From Perna viridis (Eukaryota), in assembly GCA_037379345.1 (NCBI GenBank), contig CM074512.1, positions 6,324,001 to 6,388,000 of the forward strand: a stretch of 64,000 bases of DNA, given 5' to 3'. Within the stretch, counting starts at the first letter, position 1. The number at the start of each line of letters is the position of its first letter. Of this stretch, positions 61,861 through 64,000 are shown in pieces. Made by a program: the position numbers and the translations under genes. The notes beneath the pieces are model-generated. The model made no database searches. It had not been told where the DNA came from and saw nothing but the letters and a program-made list of their open reading frames with translations.

Positions 61861-62389
61861 AAACGCGGTCAAACGCTCCGAAGACAGAGGATGGAAATAC
61901 GGATAAAAGTATTTTTCGGGTAGCATATGGGTAAAATATATGATTCATGAGAAATAACATGATAAAAAATATCGACGGGATGACCGTCACGAAGAATGTA
62001 GGATAACCGTAACAGAACAATTGACTGACGAATGGGGTGGTCGTAACGATTTATTTGATACGAAATATTGATCAAAATATTGTAAAAATATTGATTTGGG
62101 TAAAAATACTAAAATAGTTACTGAATTGATCAATAAGTTTATGTGTTTATCCACGCAAGTAAAATAGACTGGGAAAACAGAAGAAACTACATTATTCTTA
62201 TACTTGAAGTCATTATTTGCGAGTTTTTGTGCGTTCAAATTTGGTATTTTTATTTTTTTCTTTTGTTCCCTACATGTTTATCTCAGTATCAAATTAAGTG
62301 GAGTGTTAAAGTACATATTATAATTTTGTAATAATTTATGTTATGTAATATAGAAGGAGTATAACAATAATACATGCTTAAAATTAATT

Positions 62390-62825
62390 TTTAATGTTAC
62401 AAATTGTATTTATAATATTACAAAATATTTTCTAATATTAAACAATTATTTTGTAATATCAAAAAGTATGTTTTCTAATATTAAAAAAAAGATTTTCTAA
62501 CATTACAAATTCATTTTCTAGTATTACAAATTTTATTTCTGATATCGCAAAACCCTTTTTGATATAAAAAATTCAATTGAATTTCTGATATTAAAAAAAA
62601 CATTTTTAATATCAGAAATTGATTTTCTAATATTAGAAAATAGAGTTGTTGTATACAATTACGATTTTTAATATAAGAAAATCAATTTGTAACATTTAAA
62701 AATGTGAGTACTTTTGCATTATTGCAAAATTATTTTTTAATATTATAAATTCATTTTCTCATATTACAAATTCAATTTGTAATATTACAAAATGTGTGGT
62801 ATTTTTTAATATTATTAAATCATTC
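62390..62825. repeat. AT-rich foldback/MITE-like array of TTTTCTAATATTACAAA-like units
   Basis: Degenerate ~21-bp units in both orientations; central 18-bp inverted repeat at 62580-62620. Confidence 0.6.
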
Positions 62826-63670
62826 TGACACTATTACATACAACTGTACTAGCTTGAACTAATAGATTTGTGGTAAGTAAATTTACCACATTAATCTGCT
62901 TAATCACCAAAGAGTCTACCACTTAATGTTCTCCTGCTATTTGATATATGAACAAATGTTTACCACTTGTGTCTATTTTCTTATCATAGCTGTTTCTCAT
63001 TTCACTTAAACGATCATATTCATAACAGTTCAGACCTCACATAGAATTATATTACGAAATTAGAAATTGTATGCCACACATACACTCTCTTCCGTATGCA
63101 AGCCAACAATATTGCCTAGCACACGCTACAGCTATACATGTACATTATCACAATGTTTCTGCATTACTTAGCACGGAGGTACTTTGTTGTTCGGCTGTTC
63201 CGTTAAGGGTTTTTGCTTATCATCAGAAAAGTTTTCAAAGATGAATCGCCGAATCCATTGATTCAACGTGGTATTTTTTTCAACGTTTGTTACGTTTAGG
63301 ATTTTATCAATTTTAACATTATTAAGTGAAATAATTTGCGATTCTAGGTTTATCATTATTGTAAAGACGAAATATTTTTGTTTCTCATGTTACGGACATC
63401 TCTTGTCGCATGTTACAGTCATCCTTAGAAAAGAAAATTCTTCGTTACGGTCATTCTACTGATATGTTTACCCCTTAATTTCTAATTAATTATACATTTT
63501 ACCCACATGCTTTCCGTTTCAAAAATCAGGCATTGATGAATGACTAACTATCTGTCATATTCATTTTTTTTAAATAATTTGAAAAGACAACTTTATTACA
63601 AAAAAATATTCTTACCCGAATTTCCATCCTCCATCTTGGGCCGTTACGGTCATCCGCTTCACCCCAAGTG

Positions 63671-64000
63671 AACCTATGTCATGCCGAAAACTGTTTTTAA
63701 ATATAGTGTGTTAGTTTCTTTATATTATGACTCTATGAGCGAATCAGTGTTAACCTGAATAGTAATTTATCATTTACAATCATTACTATATCCCTTATGA
63801 ATAAGCCTATTCAACGGATTAGAAAATTTACTGGGTGAGAATTGAGCTTTGTGAAGAATATTGTCAGAAAATATAGGGTGGGAGATACCCGCACGTATTA
63901 ATCGTTTAAAAATAATTGGGTTTTTTTGGTTTTTTTGGTTTTTTGTTTTTTGTTTTTTTTTTGTTTGCTTTTTTGTTTTTACGAGCTTGTGATATCGAAA
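63671..64000 (-). mobile_element. Penelope-like (family 2) copy, right part
   Basis: Resumes colinearity with 45390-45730 (GTGGGAGATACCCGCACGTA, ACGAGCTTGTGATATCGAAA). Confidence 0.7.

Larger units (their letters stand above)
60440..63670. mobile_element. TIR DNA transposon (~3.2 kb including nested inserts), 7-bp TSD
   Basis: Left CATTGGGGTAAAACTGATGACCGTAACG versus right (reverse complement) CACTTGGGGTGAAGCGGATGACCGTAACG. TSD AACCCAT/AACCTAT. Empty site ACAACCCATGTC visible at ~45386-45397. Confidence 0.75.

Noticed and set aside
44586-64000. A host protein-coding gene in the upstream flank
   Set aside because: Recognisable peptides are all transposon-derived and no consistent exon chain was found. 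Small or non-coding exons cannot be excluded.

Overview
AT-rich, intron-containing animal genomic DNA. The repeat families look bivalve, probably mytilid-like (inference). The window is dominated by a giant minus-strand apolipophorin/apoB-type large lipid transfer protein (LLTP) gene. One complete copy (ATG 43971 to stop 15794) reconstructs by hand into 30 phase-compatible GT-AG exons, 16,539 nt and about 5,512 aa: signal peptide, Vitellogenin_N/LPD_N, DUF1943/DUF1081-like region, a single 10,326-nt exon of beta-strand repeats, an alpha-helical region and a terminal VWD domain. A second, ~99% identical copy lies directly downstream (ATG 10135, exons 1-18 visible, running off the left edge); 1-10748 matches 33963-44585. 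This is a ~33.8-kb tandem duplication or an uncollapsed haplotype. The rest (10.7-15.7 kb, 3' introns, 44.6-64 kb) is mostly decayed and nested mobile DNA: Penelope-like retroelements, LINEs, BEL/Pao LTR remnants, a SINE-like retroposon with TSDs, TIR elements and minisatellites. No rRNA, tRNA or CRISPR was seen. All coordinates and counts were read by eye; no database search was run.
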